In this document: positions 53,653-63,655 of the stretch, piece after piece
Layout: each line of letters starts with the position of its first letter
How positions within the stretch are numbered: the first letter of the stretch is position 1
DNA from: Perkinsus chesapeaki ATCC PRA-425
Lineage: Eukaryota; Protista; Perkinsozoa
NCBI GenBank assembly: GCA_013115145.1
Contig: JAAPAO010000063.1
Span: 32,520-96,519 of the forward strand
Reading direction: 5' to 3'
DNA: 64,000 nucleotides
The notes under the pieces: model-generated
What the model was told of the DNA's origin: nothing
Database searches by the model: none
The model's input: only the letters and a program-made list of their open reading frames with translations
Made by a program: the position numbers and the translations under genes

Positions 53653-55504
53653 ATGACCACTCCCGCCGCGGCGTCACCAATGCACTATATGAGATCTGGC
53701 TTGTTGCTCCGGTCAAGAGCGATACATAATGGTATAACACGAAGATATTATAGTAGTAATGATGGTAATATGATGTATTATAATAATATTATGAGTATGG
53801 TATTGAATAATAATATTGATAATATTTTATATGATAAATTAATAAAAGATGTAATAATAATTTATTATTCATAGTATCTATTAGTATCAGGTATGTAATG
53901 ATATTAATAATATACCATCATATAGATTAAGTAAATTATTATATGCCCATAGTAAAATATTGTATAAATCAAAGACTAAAGGAATGTAATAATAAATACT
54001 AATTAATATTTATATTATTTAGTGCTACTGTCATTGAATTGAGTAAGAATGATATTCGATATTATAAATTTATATTAACCGAGATAATAAGAAGAATTGA
54101 TGATGATATGCCTAAACAATATTTAATATCATTATTAGATGTAGTAATAAGTTAGTTTATAATACTAGAGATACAGAGGTTATATTTGTAGGTATTAGTT
54201 AATAATAGTAATAATATTAAAGATTTATCAAGTGGTGATACTATTAAAGATAGTATTAATATAGTAATAATAATATAAATAATACATTAATATAATTAAT
54301 AGATATTGAAAAGATGTATTAAATATATGAATTATTGGCAAACACCACATTCATTATATAAATTAGGAAAATTATTGACTGTAATGATGATGTCTGTAGT
54401 AGTAATAATATAATCATTTATTATTATTAAAGTTACATAATAACATATTAATAATAAATAATGAAGATATACTGCATATTAACACGGTATTAAAAAAGAA
54501 GTCCTATTCTTGTAATAATGGATCTACATTATTATATATTGTTTATTGGTATATTATGAGTAATAATAATATAATATCATTTAATACATTATCAATATTA
54601 TTAAATAAAATATCAAAATTAATAAATAATGATAATATAATAATAAATGATAATAATGGTAAAAGGCAATCAAGAGATCATCTCATGTTAAGGTAGTAAT
54701 AGTGTTATTATGTTACTTTTAATTATTATTATTTAGTTATATATATCATAAAATATTATTATATAATCCGGAATATATCGAATTATTACCTTATGATACA
54801 CAATCATTCTTATATAAATATAATAACAATAATAATAATGGATTATCATTAAATATATTTAATAAATATATACATGGTAATAGTAATACTACTATATTAA
54901 TAACAATATTATTGTAATATTAATATCAGCTAATAAACCAAATATTAAACCACTACCCGGACAAAGCTCATTTTTCCCAAATTTTATATTACGTAAAATA
55001 AGAGATAAAGCTAGTAATAATGATAAAGTAGGAGATGATGGTGGTTTAAGTGGAATATTTGTAATAATAGTATTACTTATTATTAATGATATGATGGTTG
55101 TTGTTCTTGTTGTAGATTGGACCTGTCTTTAGTAGATTAAGTGATCCATTGCATAAAATAGCTATATTATGGGATAAACCTTATATTATTGAAGTAGTAG
55201 TAATATTGTTATTATTGTTATTATTGCTGCTATTAATAGGTTAAATATAAGGAATATGAATGTAGATTTTATGATAATATTAATAGGAAAATATTAAATT
55301 ATTATAATTGGAAATATGTTACTATTAATTATATTACAGGTAGCAATAGTAGTAATTATTATTATTCTTATACATTAATAGATTCATTACCAAATATATC
55401 AAATACTTACATACGTAGTGATATAAATAATAATGAATATGATAATATCCATAATAAAGATGATGAGTTGATATATGTTATAGCACCATCATCAACAACA
55501 TGAT
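53653..55504 (+). CDS. Possible mitochondrial RAP-domain (FASTK-like) RNA-binding protein, multi-exon
   Basis: Arg/Ser-rich presequence-like start (MTTPAAASPMHYMRSGLLLRSRAIHNGITRRYYSS). C-terminal IGPVFSRLSDPLHKIAILWD...NRKILNYYNWKYVTINY resembles a RAP domain. Confidence 0.45.
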
Positions 55505-55675
55505 TATAATGTTTCATAATTATCAGTTTCATAATGTTTCAACAACATATAATAGTATTTTGTTAGAAATATTTATTATGTATTTCGATTTATATGTATT
55601 GATTATATATTTTACGGTATTATTGTTATCGTTATTATTAATATTATTTCAGTATACTAATTATCATTTAATAAT

Positions 55676-58003
55676 ATGGAAGAGGATAATAATGTTGTTA
55701 GTGATGTCGGTAGTGATGCTGTGTTGATATCATTGGCCATTTACATTGGTATATTCATTATTATTATTATAATATATTCAATAATACATAAAAAAGCAAT
55801 AAAATTATATAATCCTCGTGAATGTATTGAAGGTCTTCAAACACCTTTAACTTCATTAAATATATTTAATTATGGTAATATTTTTTATTGGATAGTAAAC
55901 AGTATTAATATTAATGATGATGATATATTTAATTATTCTGGTCTAGATGCCGTATCATTCATAAGAATATTAAGATTAGGTTATAAAATATCCATTATTG
56001 GTGTATTCAATTCAATATATTTAATACCAACTTATAAGTATTCAGATAGTAATAATCAGGTAGCTGGCGTTGATGTTGATGATGAGCTTAAAAAGTGGAG
56101 TCTTGGTTATCTTAATAATAATAGTTATGGTTTATGGGCATCATTTATAGCAACATATATTATATTTATATATACATTATATTTAATATATAATGAATTT
56201 AAATGGTATATTACTAAAAGACATGAATATTTATCATATAATAAAGTTGATAATTATACAATATATGTTAAAGGTATACCAAATGAATTGAGGAATAATA
56301 ATCAACTTGCACAATTCTTCAATAATATAATAATAAAGCCAAATAAAGTTATTGATGCTAGAATAGCTTTACATATTAATAAATTAGAAAAAGATGTTAA
56401 TAAAAGATTAACTATTTGTGATAAATTAGAACATTGTTATAATATTGATAAATATAAAGGTATAAGACCTAAACATAGGATTTACAATTATGCGATGCTG
56501 CCTTTATGTGGTGGTGGTAAAAATAATAAAGTTGTTGATAGTATTAATTATTATGAAAATGAATTAAATAAATATAATGATGATATATCTTTTAAAATAA
56601 GTAATATAGAATATGATGATAACATTAAATATAGAAGTGCTGGTTTTGTAACATTTAATACATTATTATCAAGTATGGCAGCTAGACAAATGTTACAATA
56701 TAATGTACCATATACTATGTATACAACTTCAGCACCTCGTATTGATGATATTTATTGGGATAATGTTGGTATAACACATAAACGTGAAGCAATAGGAACA
56801 TTAATATCAATTGTATTAACCATATGTTTATGTATATTTTGGACTATACCAGTTGCATTTATTGCATCTATATCGGAAGTTAATAATCTTAAAAAGGAAT
56901 TATCATTTATTAATGATGCATCAAATGCATGGCCTGGTTTAGATATATTATTAAAACAAATATCACCAATATTATTAGCAATACTTAATGCACTATTACC
57001 AATATTCTTAATGTTATTTTCTAAACAAGAAGGTCATATATCAAATGCAACATTAAATGCATCATTATTTTCTAAATTATCATTATTCTTTATTATACAA
57101 ACATTCTTTGTAAGTGCAATTGCTGGTAGTTTATTTACCAGTTTAAAAGAGCTTATAAATAATCCAATTAATACAATACAAGATATTCTAGCTACAAATC
57201 TACCACAACAAGCTAATTTCTTTATTGCATTTGTATTCGTACAAATTGGTATTGGTGTTGGTTTAGAAATAATAAGACTTATACCATGGATAATATCAAT
57301 TATTAGAAATATATTAGGTCCAAATCTAAATGATAAAGAGCGCAAAAAGGTTTGGTTTGGTTTAAGACCATTATCATCACCTAATATTTTGGAATTACCT
57401 AAATTATTATCTGACATTATGCTCTTTTTTATGATATTATTTGTATATTCAATATTATCACCAATAGTAAGCTTGGTTATGTTATTTGCATTCTTATCAA
57501 TGAGTATAATTTATAAACATCAATATACTTATGTATATGATTCAAAAAGTAATGATACTGGTGGTCAAATGTGGACAAGAGCAATGCGTTATATATTATT
57601 CTGTGTTATTATATCACAATTCACTATAATTGCTGTTATTAGCATTAAGCAAGGTGTAATTGTTGCACCATTATTATTACCGTTATTCATTATAACAATA
57701 TTATTTTGGATTTATTTAGAACAACAACATTTTATTATTGCAGTTAATTTACCATCTAATATAGCTGCTAATATTGATAATAAACGTAAGATAGATAATA
57801 ATGAATGGAAAGGTTTATATATACAAGATGCATTAAAGACACCATTATTAAGTATTAATAACGACCTACTAGATGATGATGATGATAATGATTATATTAA
57901 TAAAGATAATATAAATGAAGATGATAATATAAATGAAGATGATGTTAGGAAATATTCAAAATTATCAAAATTATCAACTCCAAGGACTGAAGACATACCA
58001 TAA
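55676..58003 (+). CDS. OSCA/TMEM63 (CSC1-like) mechanosensitive channel, copy 2, intronless
   Basis: 775 aa; LYNPR, GLDAVSFIRIL, YITKRHEYL, SAGFVTFNT, APRIDDIYWDNV, WTIPVAFI, YKHQYTYVY...GGQMW. Confidence 0.93.
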   Translation: MEEDNNVVSDVGSDAVLISLAIYIGIFIIIIIIYSIIHKKAIKLYNPRECIEGLQTPLTSLNIFNYGNIFYWIVNSININDDDIFNYSGLDAVSFIRILRLGYKISIIGVFNSIYLIPTYKYSDSNNQVAGVDVDDELKKWSLGYLNNNSYGLWASFIATYIIFIYTLYLIYNEFKWYITKRHEYLSYNKVDNYTIYVKGIPNELRNNNQLAQFFNNIIIKPNKVIDARIALHINKLEKDVNKRLTICDKLEHCYNIDKYKGIRPKHRIYNYAMLPLCGGGKNNKVVDSINYYENELNKYNDDISFKISNIEYDDNIKYRSAGFVTFNTLLSSMAARQMLQYNVPYTMYTTSAPRIDDIYWDNVGITHKREAIGTLISIVLTICLCIFWTIPVAFIASISEVNNLKKELSFINDASNAWPGLDILLKQISPILLAILNALLPIFLMLFSKQEGHISNATLNASLFSKLSLFFIIQTFFVSAIAGSLFTSLKELINNPINTIQDILATNLPQQANFFIAFVFVQIGIGVGLEIIRLIPWIISIIRNILGPNLNDKERKKVWFGLRPLSSPNILELPKLLSDIMLFFMILFVYSILSPIVSLVMLFAFLSMSIIYKHQYTYVYDSKSNDTGGQMWTRAMRYILFCVIISQFTIIAVISIKQGVIVAPLLLPLFIITILFWIYLEQQHFIIAVNLPSNIAANIDNKRKIDNNEWKGLYIQDALKTPLLSINNDLLDDDDDNDYINKDNINEDDNINEDDVRKYSKLSKLSTPRTEDIP

Positions 58004-58058
58004 TTATTATTAGTCTCAGTTTCGATATTAATATTATTTAGTTATAACACAATAATAA

Positions 58059-59542
58059 TTAATAAGATGTATTAATATGTACATCACTATTATTTAATGG
58101 TTTAGTATCATATATATCATTTATGCAGTATATATATTCTGTTGTTATAGGGGGTTTGTAACTGATTATTATAATATTGGTTATATATAAATTATTACCT
58201 ATTAATTGGTATTAACCATAATAATTTATTATCACCAGCAATATCACTATAATTATCATATAATGAATAAACTTGTCGCTTACCTCTTATATTCAAATAT
58301 CTGATAATTGTTATTCTAACAACATTTAGTAATATATTCTATTATTACGTTTCAATTAAAGTTGAATTACTTTCTAAATTATCTATTTGATCCGATAAAT
58401 ATTCAATACCATAATATAATGCAAATATACTAATAAATAGTTCAATAACCTAATAATAATAAGTTATTAGTAACAACAACAATTACTACTTACCAATAAT
58501 AATAATGATTCACTGCTGTATATATTATTGTTATTATTGATTGTATTAATATCGATATTGGGTTTTACTATATTGTAATAACAATAACATATTACTACTT
58601 TACAAATATGCAATACGAATGTTGAACTGTATATGATTAACTAAATATAATAATATAATTATGATATTATTAATAATATTACATATATTAAAAATAATAT
58701 AAATAATTTTTGATTCTTATAACCAACACAATTATTTATCCAATAACAATGATGATCCATTCGATATATACATCTTCCACATTTACTGCAGTGATGTGCC
58801 CTTTGGGGTTTACATATATTATTACAATCATTTTTATTACATATATTATTACAATCATTAATATTACATATATTATTACAGTCATTTTTATTACATATAT
58901 TATTACAATCATTTNNNNNNNNNNNNNNNNNNNNNNNNNNNNNNNNNNNNNNNNNNNNNNNNNNNNNNNNNNNNNNNNNNNNNNNNNNNNNNNNNNNNNN
59001 NNNNNNNNNNNTTTTTATTACATATATTATTACAATCATTTTCATTACATATATTATTACAATCATTTTTATTACATATATTATTACAATCATTTTTATT
59101 ACATATATTATTACAATCATTTTCATTACATATATTATTACAATCATTTTTATTACATATATTATTAATAGATATATTATTTTCTATACAACCAGGATCG
59201 CTCACTGATGCGCTAATAAATAATAATAATAGTATATACAGAGGATTATTACTTTATATATGATAATAATGTCATTGTACCCAGTAACAAACGTATATTT
59301 AATACTATTAATGATAATACAGTATTATTATTATAATAAATTATCAAACTAATATATTGAAATAATATTATTAATAACCATACCTAATAATATTAATGAT
59401 TTAAATGATAATAAATATAATAATTAACTACTTACTATTATAACATAACATACTCCATAATAGTTGTTCAACAATTGCATTATAATACCATCAATAATAA
59501 ACTAGTAATTTGATAGAGAATCGAGATAGGGAAATTACCCAT
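58059..59542 (-). CDS. DHHC palmitoyltransferase with an expanded Cys/Asn repeat, multi-exon, spanning an assembly gap
   Basis: SDPG...[42 protein letters not shown]; start and end approximate. Confidence 0.85.
58811..59165 (-). repeat. 24-bp coding minisatellite ((K/E/I)NDCNNICN units) containing a 97-N gap (58915-59011)
   Basis: Unit ttacatatattattacaatcattt repeated on both sides of the gap, in the DHHC reading frame on each side. Confidence 0.9.
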
Positions 59543-59588
59543 GAACAGCCTAATAGCCGGAAATCATCAAAACTTTAATTCTTGCCTG

Positions 59589-59664
59589 ACCCCGACTCAA
59601 ACAGGCCGCCTGGCCCGTCGCCGTCGTATGTTTGAGGCTGTAGGTTCGATCCCCAGTTGGGGTA
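59589..59664 (+). ncRNA. tRNA-like 76-nt element (acceptor stem plus T-loop/B-box, non-canonical interior), possible Pol III RNA or tRNA-derived element
   Basis: ACCCCGA/TTGGGGT acceptor-like pairing plus discriminator A; GGTTCGATCCC at canonical distance from the 3' end; followed by TTTTT. No canonical D or anticodon arm. Confidence 0.45.
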
Positions 59665-59834
59665 TTTTTCTGCAATTATTTAATGAGACGGCTATAGTGG
59701 TGGGGCGATAGGGCGCATCCTGTTGTTGTTGCTGCTGCTGTCTCATTATTGTGTTATCACTGCTAGTTGGCTAGTATCTCATCGGCATTATCACTATTCA
59801 TCATCTCTATTTATAATTATTGTTTATTATAAAC

Positions 59835-60425
59835 ATGGTTGATAATCTATTTAATAATTCCATTATATTACATATTCTATTATTAAATGGTATTATGGTA
59901 TCATCATTATGTATGGCAGATAATAATACAGTATTACCTAATACTACTACTAATAATGATATGTTAATACCATATTGTCCAGCTAATTATTGTCTTGATT
60001 CTAATTCTTGGTTTGATCCACCTAATTCATGTATATATCCTTCCCCTCAAGAATTAGGTATATGTTGGGATCAATATTGTCTAAATGCTGTACCGGTAAC
60101 ATTCGATTTTGGTAGTTATTGTAAATCATGGCAAACTACTGATGGTCGATTATGTTATGGTAATGATAGTGTTACTTGCCAATGTTCATCATTTAATCAA
60201 GTATCATCAATAATGGATATATCAAGTAAGAATAAATTATCAAATGGTTGGTTACCAGCAATACAATGTACATATCCAACAACAACAACATCAACAACAA
60301 CAACACCAACCACTAGACCAAGGATACCTGGCCTTGATGATGATATTAATAATGCTTCATCATTAACAATGAGTAAATCAAGTATTACATTATTAGTATT
60401 GTCTATTCTATTAATAATTATATAA
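59835..60425 (+). CDS. Secreted, probably GPI-anchored Cys-rich surface protein (paralogue of 12997-13884), intronless
   Basis: Signal-like IILHILLLNGIMVSSLCMA, 10-Cys domain, Thr-rich stalk, hydrophobic C-terminus ITLLVLSILLIII. Confidence 0.78.
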   Translation: MVDNLFNNSIILHILLLNGIMVSSLCMADNNTVLPNTTTNNDMLIPYCPANYCLDSNSWFDPPNSCIYPSPQELGICWDQYCLNAVPVTFDFGSYCKSWQTTDGRLCYGNDSVTCQCSSFNQVSSIMDISSKNKLSNGWLPAIQCTYPTTTTSTTTTPTTRPRIPGLDDDINNASSLTMSKSSITLLVLSILLIII

Positions 60426-60621
60426 TCCTAAAAGGTTTATTGGGATTATTATTCTTGTATTACGTCGTCTTTAATAACTACTACTCTTTTCTTATTCTTT
60501 ATAGTGGTGCGTGATGATAAGTTGTTTTTTCATTACCCATTTTAATATTATTGTGTTTGTTATTATTTTGTATTCGTTAGTGAATTATTATATTAAATCT
60601 AGATTCAGTAATATTATTATA

Positions 60622-61566
60622 ATGAGATTTGCTGAAGATACGGTTAATAATGAAGATAAGCCGCATAGTAAATTAGGTAAAAAGAAATCATTAGCTGGTA
60701 AAGGTTTAACAGCCAGTTTATTGAAAATGGAAAAATTAAGAAGTAACAAGTTGTTATCAATTGTTATTTGTTAATAATAGCGATTATTCAGATATAATGC
60801 AAATATTCAAAAAATATGTGTATAATAGAACAAATGGTTCAGATTATGTATCACGAGATGAGGTATGAGTAATAGTTATGTTATTTATATAATACATTTT
60901 ATTAGGGTTTATTGGCATTGAAAGATTTAGGATTATTGGGATTATCAACATCTGAAGTTGATTCAATATTCAATAAATCAGCAGCAATAACAAACCCGAA
61001 TAATGATAAACTATCAATACAAATGTTTATACCATTTGCTGGTATTAATATTGTATTAAATAAAGTAATAATGATAATCTATATTAATATAATCTATGTT
61101 GTTGTTATTAAATAGACCCATTGGCCCAGTATTGATGATTTACCAGATGATTTGCATAAAATACAAGATGTAATAATAATAATAATATTTATTATTATTA
61201 ATAGTTGTTGTTTTAGGGTTTAATGGAAGTCGTTCTTACATTCCGTGAAATAGATGTCGATGATTCTGGTGAAATTGATGCATCTGAGCTTAAAACAGCA
61301 TTATGTAGTACCACTGATAATGAACTAGCTGATGTAATAATATTAATTATTATTTAATGATTGGCAACAATTATTAGACACGATTTGCTGAAATGGATGT
61401 TGATTCTGATAAAACAGTATCAGTAAGTGAATTTGTCAGGTAATAATAATAATTCGTCATCTTCGCTATGCATATATTCAGTAATTACATTATTAGGGCA
61501 TTCTTAATATGGTCTGGTTCATTCGATGATCAAGATGATGATAATGATGATCAAGATGATGAGTAA
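60622..61566 (+). CDS. Calmodulin-like EF-hand protein (resembles plant CML21/22 type), multi-exon
   Basis: FREIDVDDSGEIDASEL and RFAEMDVDSDKTVSVSEF EF-hands followed by AFLIWSG and an acidic tail. Confidence 0.8.
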
Positions 61567-61655
61567 TAAGAAGTGTATAAACATTATGTGTTGTTATTAT
61601 TATTTATTATTTTGTGTTATTATTATTATAACAATACAACAAGATAGATAAAACC

Positions 61656-62679
61656 ATGACAATTCATTATAATTATCCTCATAATGATAATCATCATTAT
61701 CAACCACATTTCAATAATAATTATGAGCAAGTAATAGGACAAGGGCGGCGGCTGTGGCCTGATCGAGAGCACCATCATCATCACCAGCAGCAGCAGGCCA
61801 GCCAATGTTGGTTAAGGTGAATAATAGATTAAACTATAATTAATTATTAGTAATATTAGTTATAAAACATATAGGGATAAGAATCCATGGCTTAATATTG
61901 AATTACTTAATAAACAATATAATAATAAAAATGGCCATTTAGCTTACACCGACATTGGTGATACTGTATTTACAAGTAAACCAACAACCTTTAATTGGAT
62001 AATGATAAGACAAATGATAAGACAACTACTTTAATAGATAATAATAACAATGATAATAATTATTATATTAATAACGATATATATGATAAACAACTAATAC
62101 ATCCAGCAATGGTAATAATTATTGATATCATCAGTAATGATAATAACATTATTAGGTATTCAGAACAGAAATAGCACGGTTACATGTTAAACTAATTGAT
62201 ATTACTAATAAATTACATAATAAATTATTATGGGTAAGCATCAGCATCAGCATCAGCAGCTTCTCCTCCTGTATTGTTGTTATTATTATTAGGATGCTGA
62301 ATATAAAGGTCCAACAGTATCAGGAGCATATAAATTAGGACATAAAGATAAAGCAATAAGTGGCTTGCAACCTAATTTTATTAAACCAACATATAACGAT
62401 AATACAAAGTAATAATAGAAGTGTATTTCAAAATCTAATTAAAATATTTATTAGGCTTATTTTAAATCTCGAAAGTAAAAAGGAAGCATCATGCCCATAT
62501 ATGTCAACATTTAAAGAATCATATATTCTAAAATCACGTCCATTATGTGATTATGTAATAATGATTGGAATAATATGATAATAATAATAATAATATCATG
62601 TATAGTATATTCTTAATAGGTTATTCATGCTAATAATAATAATAAATCAACAATAGTACAATCATCATTATTATTTTAA
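61656..62679 (+). CDS. Hypothetical protein, multi-exon
   Basis: Open segments DKNPWLNIELLNKQ..., GPTVSGAYKLGHKD..., RSVFQNLIKIFIRLILNLESKKEASCPY... separated by GT..AG introns; no family recognised. Confidence 0.4.
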
Positions 62680-62779
62680 ATAATATTATAAATGTTGTTG
62701 TTTTACTATTAAACACAATAAATAGAATAATAATGAAAATACAACATCATCATAATCATAATGATCGCGATAGTCAATA

Positions 62780-63450
62780 CATGATATTATTAGTATTAGT
62801 TAACGTATCTCTTCGACGTATTTCATGATACCTAATAATCAATATAATCATTATTCAAGATAATCATATAATTATTACATTTCTTTTGCATCATTTAATT
62901 CAACTAGTAATAATCTAATTTCTTCTTCTAATTCATTAACATAAGCATAACTCATATTAAGCTCAGCAGCCACTGATTTCATACATTTACTTTTCTTTGA
63001 TAATTCCTATAATGAATAATAATAATAATAATAATAATGTTTACATTTATTGTAACATATAAGTTGTTATTATTACTTGTTCAAGTTGAGTTGCTTCATT
63101 GGCAAGATTGATTAATGAATAACCACGAGTATCACCTCCTCCTCCTTCTATCTTAATTCCTGCTTTTAATGTTCTTGTTTCAATATTCTTGGATAATGAT
63201 CTTCTTGTTGTTGTCGATGATGATGATGATGATGATGAAGTATCATCAACATCATCAATGGCATCAACATTATTTGATAATAATTCTTTGCTTATTTCTA
63301 ATTTATATTTTTCTTTATCCTACTAATAATAATATTTCATTACTACTACTAACTGTCTATTACATTTAATGTTAATTCATAGTCAACAATTTCCTCGTTT
63401 TTATTTATCAATCTTTTCTGTAATCCTTCAATTTTATTACATATTTCACA
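62780..63450 (-). CDS. 3' exons of a coiled-coil protein; upstream exons not found in the window
   Basis: CEICNKIEGLQKRLINKNEEIVDYEL, LANEATQLEQ, AELNMSYAYVNELEEEIRLLLVELNDAKE heptad-like exons. Confidence 0.4.
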
Positions 63451-63451
63451 C

Positions 63452-63655
63452 CTAATAATATTAACAATATATATAATTAATAATATTAACAATAAATATA
63501 ATTAATAATATTAACAATATATATAATTAATAATATTAACAATATATATAATTGATAATATTAACAATATATATAATTAATAATATTAACAATAAATATA
63601 ATTAATAATATTAACAATATATATAATTAATAATATTAACAATATATATAATTAA
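63452..63655. repeat. 25-bp AT-rich tandem repeat, about 8 copies
   Basis: Unit taataatattaacaatatatataat; ttaac recurs at 63461, 63486, 63511, 63536, 63561 and onward. Confidence 0.9.

Noticed and set aside
59589-59664. The tRNA-like element as selenocysteine tRNA
   Set aside because: A 9-bp terminal stem is possible and TCAAA occurs, but the TCA lies near the 5' end rather than in an anticodon loop, and no Sec-type D or variable arm forms.
59681-59748. Hairpin TAATGAGACGGC...GCTGTCTCATTA as a second ncRNA or the 5' half of a permuted tRNA
   Set aside because: Only a 12-bp stem around low-complexity sequence, and it does not supply the complementary acceptor strand needed for a permuted tRNA.
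8762-63369. Numerous short ORFs in the supplied track (e.g. 8762-8959 poly-Tyr, 11465-11722, 18396-18662, 47639-48103, 57034-57417, 58710-59168, 63169-63369)
   Set aside because: They are antisense or alternate-frame shadows of real genes, or products of stop-poor trinucleotide repeats.
19985-63655. Tandem arrays as CRISPR arrays
   Set aside because: Units are contiguous with no unique spacers, there are no cas genes, and the context is eukaryotic.
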